DNA of 64,000 bases from an uncultured delta proteobacterium (GCA_963727625.1 CAVSHR010000003.1:64001-128000); one strand, 5' to 3'; shown: positions 27,903-38,675, numbered from the stretch's first letter. A program made the numbers and translations. Notes: generated by a model from the letters alone, not told the origin.

Positions 27903-28271
27903 CTACCTGCGCCCCTGGGGGCGTCTGTAGAAGAACGACGCCTTGGCGTCGCCTTGCCCGGCTGCAGACTGTTTCAGCATTTTCGTGATCCTTTTTTCCA
28001 TCACGTCCACGACGTAGTTGGATAACAAATGATCGCGCGTACTTTTGATCTTTTGACGGATCGCATTCCTGCGCACGTCATCTCCGACGGCCAGTCGTAA
28101 ATCGTTGGTCAGCAGGGAAACGACTTTTTCCCGTCCCCGTGTTGACAATCGAAGAGAAAACCGGCCTTCCTGAGTCGGGTCGATGAAATTGTAATCAAGC
28201 TTTTTATCGATACTGCGAATAATCTTTCTCAACAGCTCTGCGCTCTGTTTAACCGCCTCTTGCTCGGTCAT
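27903..28271 (-). CDS. Hypothetical basic protein; paralog of 167-529
   Basis: GGAGG RBS before ATG 28271; shared motifs with the 167-529 ORF. Confidence 0.75.
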   Translation of the reverse strand: MTEQEAVKQSAELLRKIIRSIDKKLDYNFIDPTQEGRFSLRLSTRGREKVVSLLTNDLRLAVGDDVRRNAIRQKIKSTRDHLLSNYVVDVMEKRITKMLKQSAAGQGDAKASFFYRRPQGRR

Positions 28272-28444
28272 AGAACCTCCATGGTTTGCGGCCCAATAAG
28301 AAGCCGCCGAGGTTACCGGATGTCCTCGAGGCCTGAAAAAGCCGGCGGCAAAACTGCCCTGCTCAGCCGTGCCTGGCAAAAAGCTCAAGCGGCGGCAGTC
28401 GCTTCAGTAAACTTCTACTCCCGGCTCGTGAAGTGCAAGCAAAG

Positions 28445-28469
28445 AGGGGCAACCCGACCTGTTGCCCCT
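28445..28469 (-). terminator. Putative terminator hairpin after the RRM gene
   Basis: AGGGGCAAC-N7-GTTGCCCCT followed by a short T-rich stretch on the minus strand. Confidence 0.55.
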
Positions 28470-28495
28470 GAGTGATTAGCTAGATAACGGAAAAA

Positions 28496-28786
28496 CTACC
28501 GGCGATTGCGGCCTCCGCCATCGCCGTTATCGCGCCGCGCCATCGGCTTGGCTTCGTTAACGGTCAGGGTGCGCCCGTCGAGCTGGGTGCCGTTCAAAGA
28601 GTCGATCGCTTTTTGCGCTTCGCTGCCCGAGCTCATCTCGACAAAACTGAAGCCCCGGGATTGTCCGGTAAACTTATCCGAGATCACCTTGGCCGACGCG
28701 ACTGATCGGTATGCCGCAAAGATTTCCTCCAGCCGCGCCTCGGTTACCGAATCGGGCAAACCGCCGGCATATAATTGATTTCCCAT
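28496..28786 (-). CDS. RNA-binding protein (single RRM, Gly/Arg tail)
   Basis: LYAGGLP (RNP2), RGFSFVEM (RNP1), LDGRTLTVNEAKP. Confidence 0.9.
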   Translation of the reverse strand: MGNQLYAGGLPDSVTEARLEEIFAAYRSVASAKVISDKFTGQSRGFSFVEMSSGSEAQKAIDSLNGTQLDGRTLTVNEAKPMARRDNGDGGGRNRR

Positions 28787-29353
28787 GTTCTTCTCCAAAA
28801 AGAGAATTGTTGTCCAAGACCCTGAGAAGTAGGCTGCCGGTCGGAGAACATGGGCTAGTCAATGGCTGAAACCACGCTCTGGTCGGTTTATCCGTTAGGA
28901 ATCGTTCGCAAGGAGAGAGACGGATTAGAGGCCTTCAACGTTTGAATCATCCTCTTTCAGAAGGCCTTTTACTGAACTAGGATCTCCACTCTACGTATTA
29001 ACCGGGCCGGTGTCAATCACGCCGGCGGAACCTTGCGGATCCGGCAGCTTATCGGACCGGTGCCGCGCCAATTCTCTGGCGAACGGGGCAAGTCGGGATG
29101 GCCGCGCTCAGATGCGTTCGCAATACACCGCGCTTGCCGGATCGCCGGCTCAGTTCATCGAAGAAACTTGCTCGGTCGAGTTCGTCGGTGAAACGGTGCG
29201 CGACCAAGCGTTTCGGGTCGGCATTCGCCAAAACGGGCCCGGTCGACGCCAATAACTGCGTCATCGATTTGACCACGCGCCCCTATGGCGCCGGTTTCGT
29301 TCACCGATAGTTGAAGTCACCAATCGGCCGGCATCCATGGCGGTTTGGTGTTT

Positions 29354-30043
29354 CTAGGCGAGCAGGGCGGCGATGAGACCCGATAAGACAATGCCGTCGA
29401 AGGTGCCCGCGCCGCCGATGCTGGCCACCGCCGGCGCGATCTTCACGACCTGCTTCAGATGCAGCAAATCGGCGCCGATCAATGGCCCGAGGACGCCGGC
29501 GACAAAGGCCACGGGCGCGGCGAAATCCGGGATGAGCAGCAAGCTCAAACTCGCGGCGATCAAGGGTGGAATAAAGGCCGGCATCGCTATCCCTAAATTC
29601 GCCACGGGACGCGCAAGGCGAAAACAAACGGCAACGTCGACGAGCGTGACGACCAACAGAATCATGAGGGCAGCGGGCCCGCGCCGCGCGACCAGAAAAC
29701 ATTCATAGACCGCGAGCGCCGAGGGGATCACACAGCCGCCGGCGTTAACCGCCAGGGTCACATAGCGACGCGCACGCCGCGGCAGGGAAAACAAGCGGCC
29801 GAATCCGAACATGACGAACGGATCGACGAAGATTTCCTCGTCACGGGGAAAGCGCCTGATCGGAATATTGACCGAGCTGCCCAGGATAATTCCCACCAGA
29901 ACGACGAAAGCCCCGCCCGGGCTGAGCCCGAGCTTCGCCAGGGCCGTGAGCATGAATTGGGCAAAGAAAAACGGCAGGAGAAGGAGCAGGAAGAAAACCA
30001 GAATCAGTGTCAGACAACCCGGGTAAATCATAAATCGCGACAC
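29354..30043 (-). CDS. DUF1614 membrane protein
   Basis: GSSVNIP, AVNAGGCVIP, LGPLIGADLLHL, SIGGAGTFDGI. Confidence 0.88.
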   Translation of the reverse strand: MSRFMIYPGCLTLILVFFLLLLLPFFFAQFMLTALAKLGLSPGGAFVVLVGIILGSSVNIPIRRFPRDEEIFVDPFVMFGFGRLFSLPRRARRYVTLAVNAGGCVIPSALAVYECFLVARRGPAALMILLVVTLVDVAVCFRLARPVANLGIAMPAFIPPLIAASLSLLLIPDFAAPVAFVAGVLGPLIGADLLHLKQVVKIAPAVASIGGAGTFDGIVLSGLIAALLA

Positions 30044-30410
30044 GATTTTTCATTGCGCGTAAAAGAGGTTTCGATGCGATCCAACATCCCTGTGCAGGCT
30101 GATGGTGCAACTCCGTTGCTCGACAATGCAGCCGCCGATTCGGCCCGGGTTGACCGTGTCATCGGATGGCTCCTCGCATCTCTGAACGGAAACAGGCCGG
30201 GTGTTTCCATGATTGAATCGGGCGGGAAGGACGCATCTATGGCTGCAGGCGGTTCTACTCGCCGCCGGGCTCGCCAACCATCGCCATGCGGGTTTGAGCT
30301 CATTCAGCCGCGGCTCCGAAAGGACCTCTAGTTGCTTTTTTCAAGCGATCGGCCCCGGCTCTTCCGGGAAATCGCACCGCCATTGATTTTGCGAACTTTG
30401 AGACGCAACG

Positions 30411-31121
30411 CTAAGCGGATTTGCGGAACTTTTTAGCGCGGCGCACGAAGTAGTCCCACATCGATTCGAGCCGATGCGGTGTGTAGATCTGCTCGTATTT
30501 GACGGCGGCTTCTTCGTCGCTGGTCCATGACGGATCGCCGGAGGCGGCGGCCATGAGCTGAATGCGCGCGGCTTTTTCCAAAAACACCGCATAGAGCGTG
30601 GCCACTTCGATGGACTCGCCGACCACGGTGGAGCCGTGGTTTTTCATCAGCAGGCCGCGGCATTTGCCAAGACTCTTGGCGACTTCCACGCCCAGCTCAG
30701 GCGTGCGAATCAACGCGGTGGTGTAGTCGAAGGTCGGCAAGCCGTCGTAAAAAATAGTGCCTTCGTGGCTGATCGGGCGCAATTTTTGGCCGAGCGCGCC
30801 GAAGGCGGTCGCATAGGGCGGATGCGAGTGGACAACGCAATTGACATCCGGCCTGGCCTTCATGATTTCGGTGTGAATGAAAACTTCGGAGTGGCGCTCG
30901 TGCTTGCCTTCGATTTTTTTGCCGGTCTCGATATCGACAACGATGATGTGCTGCGGGCGAATCTCTTCGAAGCCGAAGCTGTGCGGCTTCATGAGTATCT
31001 TGTTCAGTCCCGGGACGCGCACCGAAACATGGCCGAGGATATTGTCCCAGTGGCCTTCGTTCGCGAGAATGTTGCAGGAATAGGCGAGCTTCTCTTTCAA
31101 CTCTTTGAGGTTCGCAGCCAT
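30411..31121 (-). CDS. Class II aldolase/adducin family protein
   Basis: GHVSVR, HSEVFIH, VVHSHPP, LMKNHG. Confidence 0.92.
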   Translation of the reverse strand: MAANLKELKEKLAYSCNILANEGHWDNILGHVSVRVPGLNKILMKPHSFGFEEIRPQHIIVVDIETGKKIEGKHERHSEVFIHTEIMKARPDVNCVVHSHPPYATAFGALGQKLRPISHEGTIFYDGLPTFDYTTALIRTPELGVEVAKSLGKCRGLLMKNHGSTVVGESIEVATLYAVFLEKAARIQLMAAASGDPSWTSDEEAAVKYEQIYTPHRLESMWDYFVRRAKKFRKSA

Positions 31122-31183
31122 GATGTCTCCTAAAAAAGTGCCGAGTCGCGGGCGCTGAGGACTCTGTGTTTGTGCGATCAGTC

Positions 31184-32725
31184 TTAAGTTTTTGCGCGCA
31201 AGCGAAATCTTTGGATTTTGCCGGTCACGGTCTTCGGCAGGTCGTCGACAAACTCGACCCAGCGAGGATACTTGTACGGCGCCAATTTGCTCTTGACGTG
31301 ATTCTGCAGCTCGAGCCGAAGCTCGGCGCTGGGCTTGTATTCGCTCTTCAACAAGACGAACGCTTTCGGTTTGAGGAGGCCGTCGGCGTCGGTGTCGCCG
31401 ATGACGCCGGACTCGAGCACCGCGGGGTGTTCCATCAGCGTGTTCTCAATTTCGATCGGCGAGACCCAAAGGCCGCCGACTTTCATCATGTCGTCGGAGC
31501 GGCCGCAGTACCAGTAGTAACTGTCGGCGTCGCAGTAGTAGGTGTCGCCGGTCTTAAGCCACTCGCCCTGCATCATCTTTTTAGTCTGCTCGTGTTTGTT
31601 CCAGTAGTAAGGCGCGTTGGCGTCGCCTTTGACCAGCAAATTTCCGACTTCGCCGATCGGCACTTCGCGCCCCTCGTCGTCGACGATCTTGGCCTCGAAG
31701 GCGGGTGTCACTTCGCCGCTGCTGCCCGCCTTGGCGCGGCCCGGACGATTGGCCAGGAAATCGTGGGTTGCTTCCGTGGAGCCGACGACATCGAGCAGCT
31801 CCAGACCGGTGCGATCCTTCCATTGATGAAACAGCGCCGGCGGCAACGGCTCGCCCGAGGAGAGACAAGTCCGCAGGGAGCTTAAATCGTATTTTTTCTC
31901 GATGCGCAGAAAGCGCGCAAAAAGCGTCGGCACGGAGAAGAAGAAAGTCGGTTTGTACCTATCGATGACCTGTAGAATCTTTTCCGGGTCCGGCTTGTCC
32001 GGCCAGAGCACCGTGGCGGCGCCGAAACGGAACGGAAAGTACAGCGAGTTTCCCAGTCCGTAGGAAAAAAACATTTTCGACGCCGAGAAACAGAGGTCGT
32101 TTTCGGTCATTTTCAGAACCGGTTTCGCGAACAGGTCGGTGATCGTGATCATGTCGTGCTGGAGGTGGACGGCGCCTTTTGGCTTACCCGTGCTGCCCGA
32201 GGTGTAGCCCCAGAAACAAACATCGTCGCGAGTCGTCTTCTCGGCGGTCAGTTTGTCCGACGCTTTGGCAATCAAACTTTCGTAGGACAGCGCTTTACCT
32301 CGCGCCTTGCCGACGACGATGATCCGCTTCAAAAACGGCGTGTTGTCCCAGATCTTTTCGATCTCGGGCAGAGTCGATTCGTGCACGATGATCGCCCGCG
32401 CCCGGCTGTCGTTGATCAGATATTCATAGTCGGCGGCGAACATCCAAGGGTTGGTCGGGACCGCCACCGCGCCGATCTTGACTGCGCCGAAGAAGCTATA
32501 GGCGAACTCCGGCGAGTCCGGCACTATGACCAGCACGCGATTTTCGATCTCGATGCCGAGCTCCTTGAGGGCGTTGCCGGTGCGGTTAACTTTCTCGAAG
32601 ACTTCCTGATAGTTGATCTTTTGATCTTGATAGTAGATGGCAATTTTGCCGCCGCGGCCCTGCTGGATGTTTTCATCAACGAAGGTCGTGGCGGCGTTAT
32701 AGATATCAGGCAGTTCGACCGGCAT
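31184..32725 (-). CDS. Benzoate-CoA ligase family AMP-binding enzyme
   Basis: YTSGSTGKPKGAVH, KMFFSYGLGNS, GSTEATH, GRSDDMMKVGG, LPKTVTGKIQR. Confidence 0.9.
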   Translation of the reverse strand: MPVELPDIYNAATTFVDENIQQGRGGKIAIYYQDQKINYQEVFEKVNRTGNALKELGIEIENRVLVIVPDSPEFAYSFFGAVKIGAVAVPTNPWMFAADYEYLINDSRARAIIVHESTLPEIEKIWDNTPFLKRIIVVGKARGKALSYESLIAKASDKLTAEKTTRDDVCFWGYTSGSTGKPKGAVHLQHDMITITDLFAKPVLKMTENDLCFSASKMFFSYGLGNSLYFPFRFGAATVLWPDKPDPEKILQVIDRYKPTFFFSVPTLFARFLRIEKKYDLSSLRTCLSSGEPLPPALFHQWKDRTGLELLDVVGSTEATHDFLANRPGRAKAGSSGEVTPAFEAKIVDDEGREVPIGEVGNLLVKGDANAPYYWNKHEQTKKMMQGEWLKTGDTYYCDADSYYWYCGRSDDMMKVGGLWVSPIEIENTLMEHPAVLESGVIGDTDADGLLKPKAFVLLKSEYKPSAELRLELQNHVKSKLAPYKYPRWVEFVDDLPKTVTGKIQRFRLRAKT

Positions 32726-32732
32726 TGTAGCG

Positions 32733-32783
32733 ATTCCAAATTCCAAATTTCATATTCCAGAACTGGAATCTGGAATATGTAAT
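32733..32783. repeat. Heptamer repeats forming an inverted pair (ATTCCAR/YTGGAAT)
   Basis: attccaa attccaa...attccag aa ctggaat ctggaat. Confidence 0.6.
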
Positions 32784-32801
32784 CAGCGATGGCCGTTGGG
32801 C

Positions 32802-34274
32802 CTATTCGCCTCCGATGATTTCCGAGTGGGTCTCGGTGGCGATGACGACCGACTTGGAGTCGGTGTAATGCTCGATCGCTTCGTCGCCATGTTCTTTGCC
32901 GAGACCGCTTTGTTTCACGCCGCCGAAGGGCAGTTCGTCGTAAATGATCTGCGCGGAATTGACCCAGGTGTAGCCGGCTTCGATGTTCTCCGCGCCGTAC
33001 ATGGCGCGGTTGATGTCGCGCGTCCAAATCGATGAGCCGAGGCCAAATATCGAGGCATTGGCCTGTTCGATGGCCTGATCGAGATTCTTTACGCGCACGA
33101 TCGGCAGCGCCGGACCAAAAACCTCTTCTTGAATCATGCGCGACTTGGGATCGACGTCCGCCACCAGAGTCGGCTGCAAGTAGAAGCCCTTGTCGTATTC
33201 GTCGCCTTTCGGCCGCTGGCCGCCGTAAATAATCTTAGCCCCGCGCTTGACCGCGTCTTCGACCTGCTCTTCGACTTCCTGTCTTTGTTCTTTAGTGTGA
33301 AGCGGCCCCATCAGCACGCCGGGTTTAATACCGTTGCCAACGCTGATCTTCTTGGCCTTTTCGACCAGCTTTTCCATGAAAGCGCCGGCGATGTTTTCAA
33401 AGAGATACAAGCGTTTGACCGCCAGGCAGGCTTGGCCACAGTTGAAAAAGCGGCCCACCGAAGCGGCGCTGACCGCGCGGTCGATATCGGCGTCGTCGCA
33501 AACGATCATGGGATCGCTGCCGCCCAGTTCCAAAGTCACATGCTTGAAATCCTTGGCGGCCGACTGCATGACCCGCCGGCCGGTATCGGTGGCGCCGGTG
33601 AAGCCGATCTTTCGCACCGTGGGATTCACCAGCAGCTCTTCGCCGACTACGCTGCCCGGGCCGGTGACGACGTTCAGCACTCCTTTTGGACCGCCGGCAT
33701 CCTGGATCGCTTTGTCGATAATCTCGCAGGTGCGCAGATCGGTCAACGGCGTCGTTCCGGCCGGCTTGACCACGACGGTGTTGCCGGCGAGCAGCGCCGG
33801 GCCGAGCTTGTTGCCCATTAAAGAAACGGGAAAATTCCACGGCACGATGGAGCCGCACACGCCCAAGGGTTTGCGCAGGACAATGCCGTGGCGGCCGGTA
33901 TCGAGCATGACCGCCGAGGTGCGCATGGTTTTCGCCATGCCGCCGTAGTGGTCCAGGGTGTGGACGAAGCGGCGGATTTCCAAGATCGATTCGCGCGTCG
34001 GCTTGCCCTGTTCCCTGGTCAACAAGGTGGCAAGGTCCTTTTCCTGTTGCAGAATCGTGTGTCCCGCCGACAGCAAAATGGCGCCGCGTTTGGACGGCGC
34101 CATGGTGGCCCATTTCTTCAAAGCGCCCTGCGCCGCGTCGATGGCGCGACGAATGTCGGCGATGGTTCCTTTGGGGACGCTGTCGACAAGTTCTCCGGTG
34201 GCGGGATTGCGGACTTCGGTAGTCTGTCCGCTTTCAGAATCGACTTGCGCACCGGCGATTAACATCTTGGCCAT
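32802..34274 (-). CDS. Aldehyde dehydrogenase
   Basis: PWNFP, FTGAT, LELGGSDP, GQAC, EEVFGP, PFGGVKQSG. Confidence 0.95.
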   Translation of the reverse strand: MAKMLIAGAQVDSESGQTTEVRNPATGELVDSVPKGTIADIRRAIDAAQGALKKWATMAPSKRGAILLSAGHTILQQEKDLATLLTREQGKPTRESILEIRRFVHTLDHYGGMAKTMRTSAVMLDTGRHGIVLRKPLGVCGSIVPWNFPVSLMGNKLGPALLAGNTVVVKPAGTTPLTDLRTCEIIDKAIQDAGGPKGVLNVVTGPGSVVGEELLVNPTVRKIGFTGATDTGRRVMQSAAKDFKHVTLELGGSDPMIVCDDADIDRAVSAASVGRFFNCGQACLAVKRLYLFENIAGAFMEKLVEKAKKISVGNGIKPGVLMGPLHTKEQRQEVEEQVEDAVKRGAKIIYGGQRPKGDEYDKGFYLQPTLVADVDPKSRMIQEEVFGPALPIVRVKNLDQAIEQANASIFGLGSSIWTRDINRAMYGAENIEAGYTWVNSAQIIYDELPFGGVKQSGLGKEHGDEAIEHYTDSKSVVIATETHSEIIGGE

Positions 34275-34436
34275 TGAGGACCCTCCTAGAGCTTAGCTCG
34301 GAAACTAGAAAAAAATCACGTTCATAGGTGGAAGTCAAGAATTCCGCCGCTGGAGCGGCGGCGAAACGGGAGATCTATTTGACAGGCGGCAAAGCGAACG
34401 ATAGGTTTTTGAAATTCGTCGCGCTTCGGAGGCCGT

Positions 34437-35306
34437 ATGTCGATGGAAGAATATATCGTCAAGGCAAGACCCGGTGTCTTGGGCGGCAAGCATGAAGAGA
34501 AGCGGCCGCTGCGCCGGCTGAGCGCGCTGCCGGTGAAAAGGCATGTCTTTATCAACCGCGATTCGCACCCGAATGCGAATATCTACGTGGCCATTCATGA
34601 AGCCGGAGACTTACCCGCGCCGGTACCCGATTATCAGTTGCCGCATTGCCACAATACCGACGAGTTTTATTACTTCGTCGGCAGCAATCCCGATCTAACC
34701 GGACTTGAAGGCCAAATCATCTTCGAGGGCAAAGTGCACAAAATTGCATCGCCGGCCTGCGTGTATATACCCATGGGCACGGTGCACGAGTATAAAGTCA
34801 CCAAAGGCGCGGGCACGGTGACGGTTTTGTTCCGCGACCGCGGTTACACCCACGAAGACCGGCCTTTCGATAGCGCCAAAGGCGAGCGCGACTTTGCCAG
34901 GTACGCCGGCTATATTTTTCCTCCCGATATCCGGCCGGCGACCGAAATAAAATTTCATAGCGGCGCCGCGCCGGGCGTGCGCTACGTGTTCATCGACGGC
35001 AAGCTTAAACCCGAGGCGATGTTTTATACAGTGGTGCGCAGCGTCGAGAGCGTCAAGCGGTCCCAGGCCAACTATGTCGATTTGCACAGGCACAACTGCG
35101 ACACGCAGCATATTGCCATCGGCACCGGGCCGGAGCTGACCGGGCTCAAAATCGAGTTTCAGATTCGCGACGACAAAATCGTCGTCGAGAGCCCGGTGGG
35201 CGTCAATATTCCCGCCGGAACGCCGCATTCCCAGCGCATCGTCGAGGGATCGGGTCACTTTTTCAATTTCGTGCCGAAGAGCAATTATAATGACGGCTTG
35301 GTTTAA
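34437..35306 (+). CDS. Tandem cupin (bicupin) protein
   Basis: Two repeats: HCHNTDE...SPACVYIPMGTVH and HRHNCDT...SPVGVNIPAGTPH. Confidence 0.75.
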   Translation: MSMEEYIVKARPGVLGGKHEEKRPLRRLSALPVKRHVFINRDSHPNANIYVAIHEAGDLPAPVPDYQLPHCHNTDEFYYFVGSNPDLTGLEGQIIFEGKVHKIASPACVYIPMGTVHEYKVTKGAGTVTVLFRDRGYTHEDRPFDSAKGERDFARYAGYIFPPDIRPATEIKFHSGAAPGVRYVFIDGKLKPEAMFYTVVRSVESVKRSQANYVDLHRHNCDTQHIAIGTGPELTGLKIEFQIRDDKIVVESPVGVNIPAGTPHSQRIVEGSGHFFNFVPKSNYNDGLV

Positions 35307-35467
35307 AACGTCCGGACGGGGGGCGGCTTCCGCAAGAATAACGGCCTTATGGGTGCCGCGGAACGCCGTGGCGGTATGCGAATGGCCCGCCAATCTTGAA
35401 CCCTGCGCGAGTCAAATTAATCGTTAAGGTTAGGCGGCGTTAATTTTGGATCGGAAATGGACCAGCA

Positions 35468-35893
35468 ATGAAAAAATGGCTCAAAAAATTCGGTCTCGGA
35501 GCAGTTATCGTTCTCATCGTGCTCCAGCTCGTTCCGGCGGCGCGAACCAACCCGCCGGAGCGTGGCCAGCTAACCGCGCCCGCCGAAGTCCAGGCGGTCT
35601 TGCGCCGGTCCTGCTACGACTGTCACTCCAACGAGACGAATTGGCCCTGGTACTCGCAGATCGCGCCGGCATCGTTGTTGATGGCGCACGATGTCAAAGA
35701 AGGGCGGCAGGAAGTGAATTTTTCCACTTGGGACCAATATGACAAGCGGCGCAAGGCGCGGAAACGCAAAGAAATCGCGGAACAGGTGAAAAAGGGCGAT
35801 ATGCCGTTGTGGTATTACGCGGCGCTGCATCCCGGCGCCAAGTTGTCGGCGACCGATCGCGAGCTGATCATTAAGTGGGCGAAGCAGGAGTAA
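35468..35893 (+). CDS. Haem-binding domain protein (mono-haem cytochrome c)
   Basis: CYDCHSNETNWPWY, NFSTW, MPLWYY...HP. Confidence 0.9.
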   Translation: MKKWLKKFGLGAVIVLIVLQLVPAARTNPPERGQLTAPAEVQAVLRRSCYDCHSNETNWPWYSQIAPASLLMAHDVKEGRQEVNFSTWDQYDKRRKARKRKEIAEQVKKGDMPLWYYAALHPGAKLSATDRELIIKWAKQE

Positions 35894-35968
35894 AGCGACC
35901 ATCGATAATTTCGATGGGTCAAAAGTTGACCGCAAGGTCAACCCAAGCGCTTGATCTTCGCGGCGCTT

Positions 35969-36148
35969 GAGACCTATAAGATCTCGCGCGGCGCGGTTAC
36001 TACCAAGGGGGTTCCGGCGGATGATGAATTGCCGGAGTGTCTCAAAGAAGACGCAAAGATTTCACGACTACCGGCCCCGGTGCCGGTTGCCAAGGTCTTC
36101 GATTTTTCATTGCAGCGAGAAATCAATCGCGAGCCGGGGGTCCAATGA
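35969..36148 (+). pseudogene. C-terminal remnant of an NMT1-like SBP gene
   Basis: ETYKIS...GVPADDE...[19 protein letters not shown] resembles SBP C-termini; no N-terminus. Confidence 0.5.
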
Positions 36149-36705
36149 GCGACGGTAAAAATGCAATAGCGGTGTTCGGCGGCGGCTGCTTCTGGTGCAC
36201 GGAAGCGGTTTTCGACGAGCTGCGCGGCGTCCATGCGGTGGTGTCCGGCTACGCCGGCGGCACGACGAAGGCGCCGACCTACGAACAAGTCTGTTCCGGC
36301 AGTACCGGCCATGCGGAAGTGATTAAAATTGAATTCGATCCGAGCCAAATTTCTTTCCGCGATTTGATGACGGTGTTTTTCGCCACCCACGATCCGACCA
36401 CGCTCGATCGCCAGGGCAACGACGTCGGCACGCAGTACCGCTCGGTGATTCTCTACGCCGACGAACAGCAGAAGCAAGAAGCTGCGGCGTTCATCAAGGA
36501 ATTGGACGACAGCAAGACACTCAAGAATTCGGTCGTCACGAGGCTGGAACCGCTTACGGAATTTTACCCCGCGGAAGATTATCACCAGAAATATTATGCC
36601 GGTAATCCGTACCAGCCTTACTGCCAGTACATGATCCCGCCGAAGCTCGGCAAGCTGCACAAACAATTTTCCGCGCTGCTTAAATCGCACGGCAAGTCGT
36701 CCTGA
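36145..36705 (+). CDS. msrA: Peptide-methionine (S)-S-oxide reductase
   Basis: [42 protein letters not shown]. Confidence 0.96.
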   Translation: MSDGKNAIAVFGGGCFWCTEAVFDELRGVHAVVSGYAGGTTKAPTYEQVCSGSTGHAEVIKIEFDPSQISFRDLMTVFFATHDPTTLDRQGNDVGTQYRSVILYADEQQKQEAAAFIKELDDSKTLKNSVVTRLEPLTEFYPAEDYHQKYYAGNPYQPYCQYMIPPKLGKLHKQFSALLKSHGKSS

Positions 36706-36829
36706 ATCGGCGCCAAAGTATTTTCCCAATCGGGGTGACATGGGACTCGGACGTGGTATCATGTCCTGTGGACCCGTTGCAGGGTAACGGCTCCACCGTT
36801 GTGTTCCGAGGGGATCACGAGGACAAACG

Positions 36830-37471
36830 ATGGACGCCTTCCACTTTTTCACCAAGCTCGATCAAACGCTGCTCCTGGGATTGCGCGCGGGATCGATCGA
36901 AGAGTTGTTGACCGGCATCCGCTCGGTGCCGGACTCGTCGATCTACTTCCACACGCATCGATTTCTCTATCAGCATCACTTTCTTTCGCCGGAACCGCCG
37001 AATGATTTTGCTTATTGGGCGACCCATGTTCTGGGTGACGATAATTTGGGTGAACTGCTGTGGAGCGTCGACACCGTTCAGTTCGGCGCGATCGGCGACC
37101 TGCGAGCGAAGATGATTTCAATATTGGGAAGCCGCTTGGCGGAGAACGGCCGGCGGGCCGAATGCCAGGCGGGCGAAGAATTTCATTTTATGGCGTCGCG
37201 CTTGTTCGTCTTGCCAACCGGCTACGCGTCGCGCGACTTGGACGAGTTTGCGCGCCATCTCAACAAGGCGAGCATCAACAGCATTTATTTTCACATGTTC
37301 GACGCCAAGCTGCGTCTGAAAAACGGCGAGAACGATTTTTCCCGGTGGTTTCGCCATGTGGGCAACGAGGCCCTTGCCGATGAGACGCGGCGGCTGGACC
37401 CCTATTCTTATACCTTGGACGGACTGCGGCAGCAGATCATCGCTCTAGTGAGGCGATATGCTCACCCTTGA
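36830..37471 (+). CDS. DUF5752/OrfY-like protein associated with trehalose synthase
   Basis: Two repeats of SIYFH...NDF..W; overlaps the treT start. Confidence 0.8.
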   Translation: MDAFHFFTKLDQTLLLGLRAGSIEELLTGIRSVPDSSIYFHTHRFLYQHHFLSPEPPNDFAYWATHVLGDDNLGELLWSVDTVQFGAIGDLRAKMISILGSRLAENGRRAECQAGEEFHFMASRLFVLPTGYASRDLDEFARHLNKASINSIYFHMFDAKLRLKNGENDFSRWFRHVGNEALADETRRLDPYSYTLDGLRQQIIALVRRYAHP

Positions 37472-38675
37472 AGATTACGCTCCGATCGTCGGCCAAGGTT
37501 CCATCGATGAGCTCAGACTGCTGGCGGATCGTCTGCGCGGCAAGACCATTCAGAACATCAATTCGACGGCGGTCGGCGGCGGGGTGGCGGAAATTCTATC
37601 CCGCGTGGTGCCGCTCTTGAAACAGCTTGGGGTCGGCGCGGTCTGGGACGTGATCCGAGGCGACGAGAAATTTTTCGTGACGACGAAAAAAATTCATAAC
37701 GGCTTGCACGGCGTGCCGGTAGATATCAGCGCGGCGGAGTACGAGCACTTTCTTGAGGTCAATCACGAAAACGCCGCGCAACTGCGCTTCGGCGATATCG
37801 TCTACGTTCACGACCCGCAACCGGTCGCGTTGGTGGAGAAAAACAAAGCTTCCGGGAAGCCTTGGGTGTGGCGCTGTCATATCGATTTTTCCCGGCCCGA
37901 TCCCAAAATTTGGGAATTTCTCAGCCGGTTCATCAGCCGCTACAATGCGGCGGTGTTTTCAGCGCCGGCGTTCTCGAGAACGCTGCCGATCCCCCAAGTC
38001 CTGATTTCGCCGTCCATCGATCCGTTGAGCGACAAGAACAAAGAATTGGATGAAGAGACTATCGACGCGGTGTTTACCCGATTCGGGGTCGACCGGTCGA
38101 GACCGGTGGTCACGCAAATTTCTCGATTTGACTATCTCAAAGATCCGCTGGGCGTCATCGAGGCATTTAAACTAGCCAAAGAACATGTCGACATGCAGCT
38201 CGTGCTCGCGGGAGGGGGCGCGACCGATGATCCCGAGGGCCCGGTCATCATGGAGCAGGTCAAGGCTGAGGCCGAAAAGGATAAAGACATTTTTGTATTG
38301 TTCCTTCCGCCGGCGAGTGACGTCGAAATCAATGCGTTGCAGAGAGGCTCCACGATCATTTTGCAAAAATCTTTGCGCGAAGGTTTCGGTCTCACGGTCA
38401 GCGAGGCGCTGTGGAAGGCCAAACCGACGATCGCCAGCGCGGTGGGCGGTATACCGCTGCAGATCGCGCACAAGTACTCGGGCATTTTGACTCACTCCAT
38501 CGAAGGCACGGCGCAATGGATCAAGCAGCTGATCAGCGCGCCGGAATACGCGCGCCGGCTCGGGATAAACGGCCGAGAGCATATCCGCAACAATTATTTG
38601 ATCACCCGGCATATCAAAGACTATCTGCTGCTGTTCATATCGCTAATCAAAAAAGGAGACATCGTTTACCTGTGA
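37458..38675 (+). CDS. treT: Trehalose synthase TreT-like glycosyltransferase (GT4)
   Basis: NSTAVGGGVAEIL, HDPQP, WRCHID, PSIDPLS, SRFDYLKDP, REGFGLTVSEALWK. Confidence 0.88.
   Translation: MLTLEDYAPIVGQGSIDELRLLADRLRGKTIQNINSTAVGGGVAEILSRVVPLLKQLGVGAVWDVIRGDEKFFVTTKKIHNGLHGVPVDISAAEYEHFLEVNHENAAQLRFGDIVYVHDPQPVALVEKNKASGKPWVWRCHIDFSRPDPKIWEFLSRFISRYNAAVFSAPAFSRTLPIPQVLISPSIDPLSDKNKELDEETIDAVFTRFGVDRSRPVVTQISRFDYLKDPLGVIEAFKLAKEHVDMQLVLAGGGATDDPEGPVIMEQVKAEAEKDKDIFVLFLPPASDVEINALQRGSTIILQKSLREGFGLTVSEALWKAKPTIASAVGGIPLQIAHKYSGILTHSIEGTAQWIKQLISAPEYARRLGINGREHIRNNYLITRHIKDYLLLFISLIKKGDIVYL

Noticed and set aside
29000-30400. Short ORFs flanking DUF1614 (29010-29310, 29957-30331)
   Set aside because: No RBS or motifs; cannot be supported as genes.
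38411-38671. N-terminal extension of TPS/TPP
   Set aside because: It overlaps treT out of frame; a start at ~38672 fits translational coupling.
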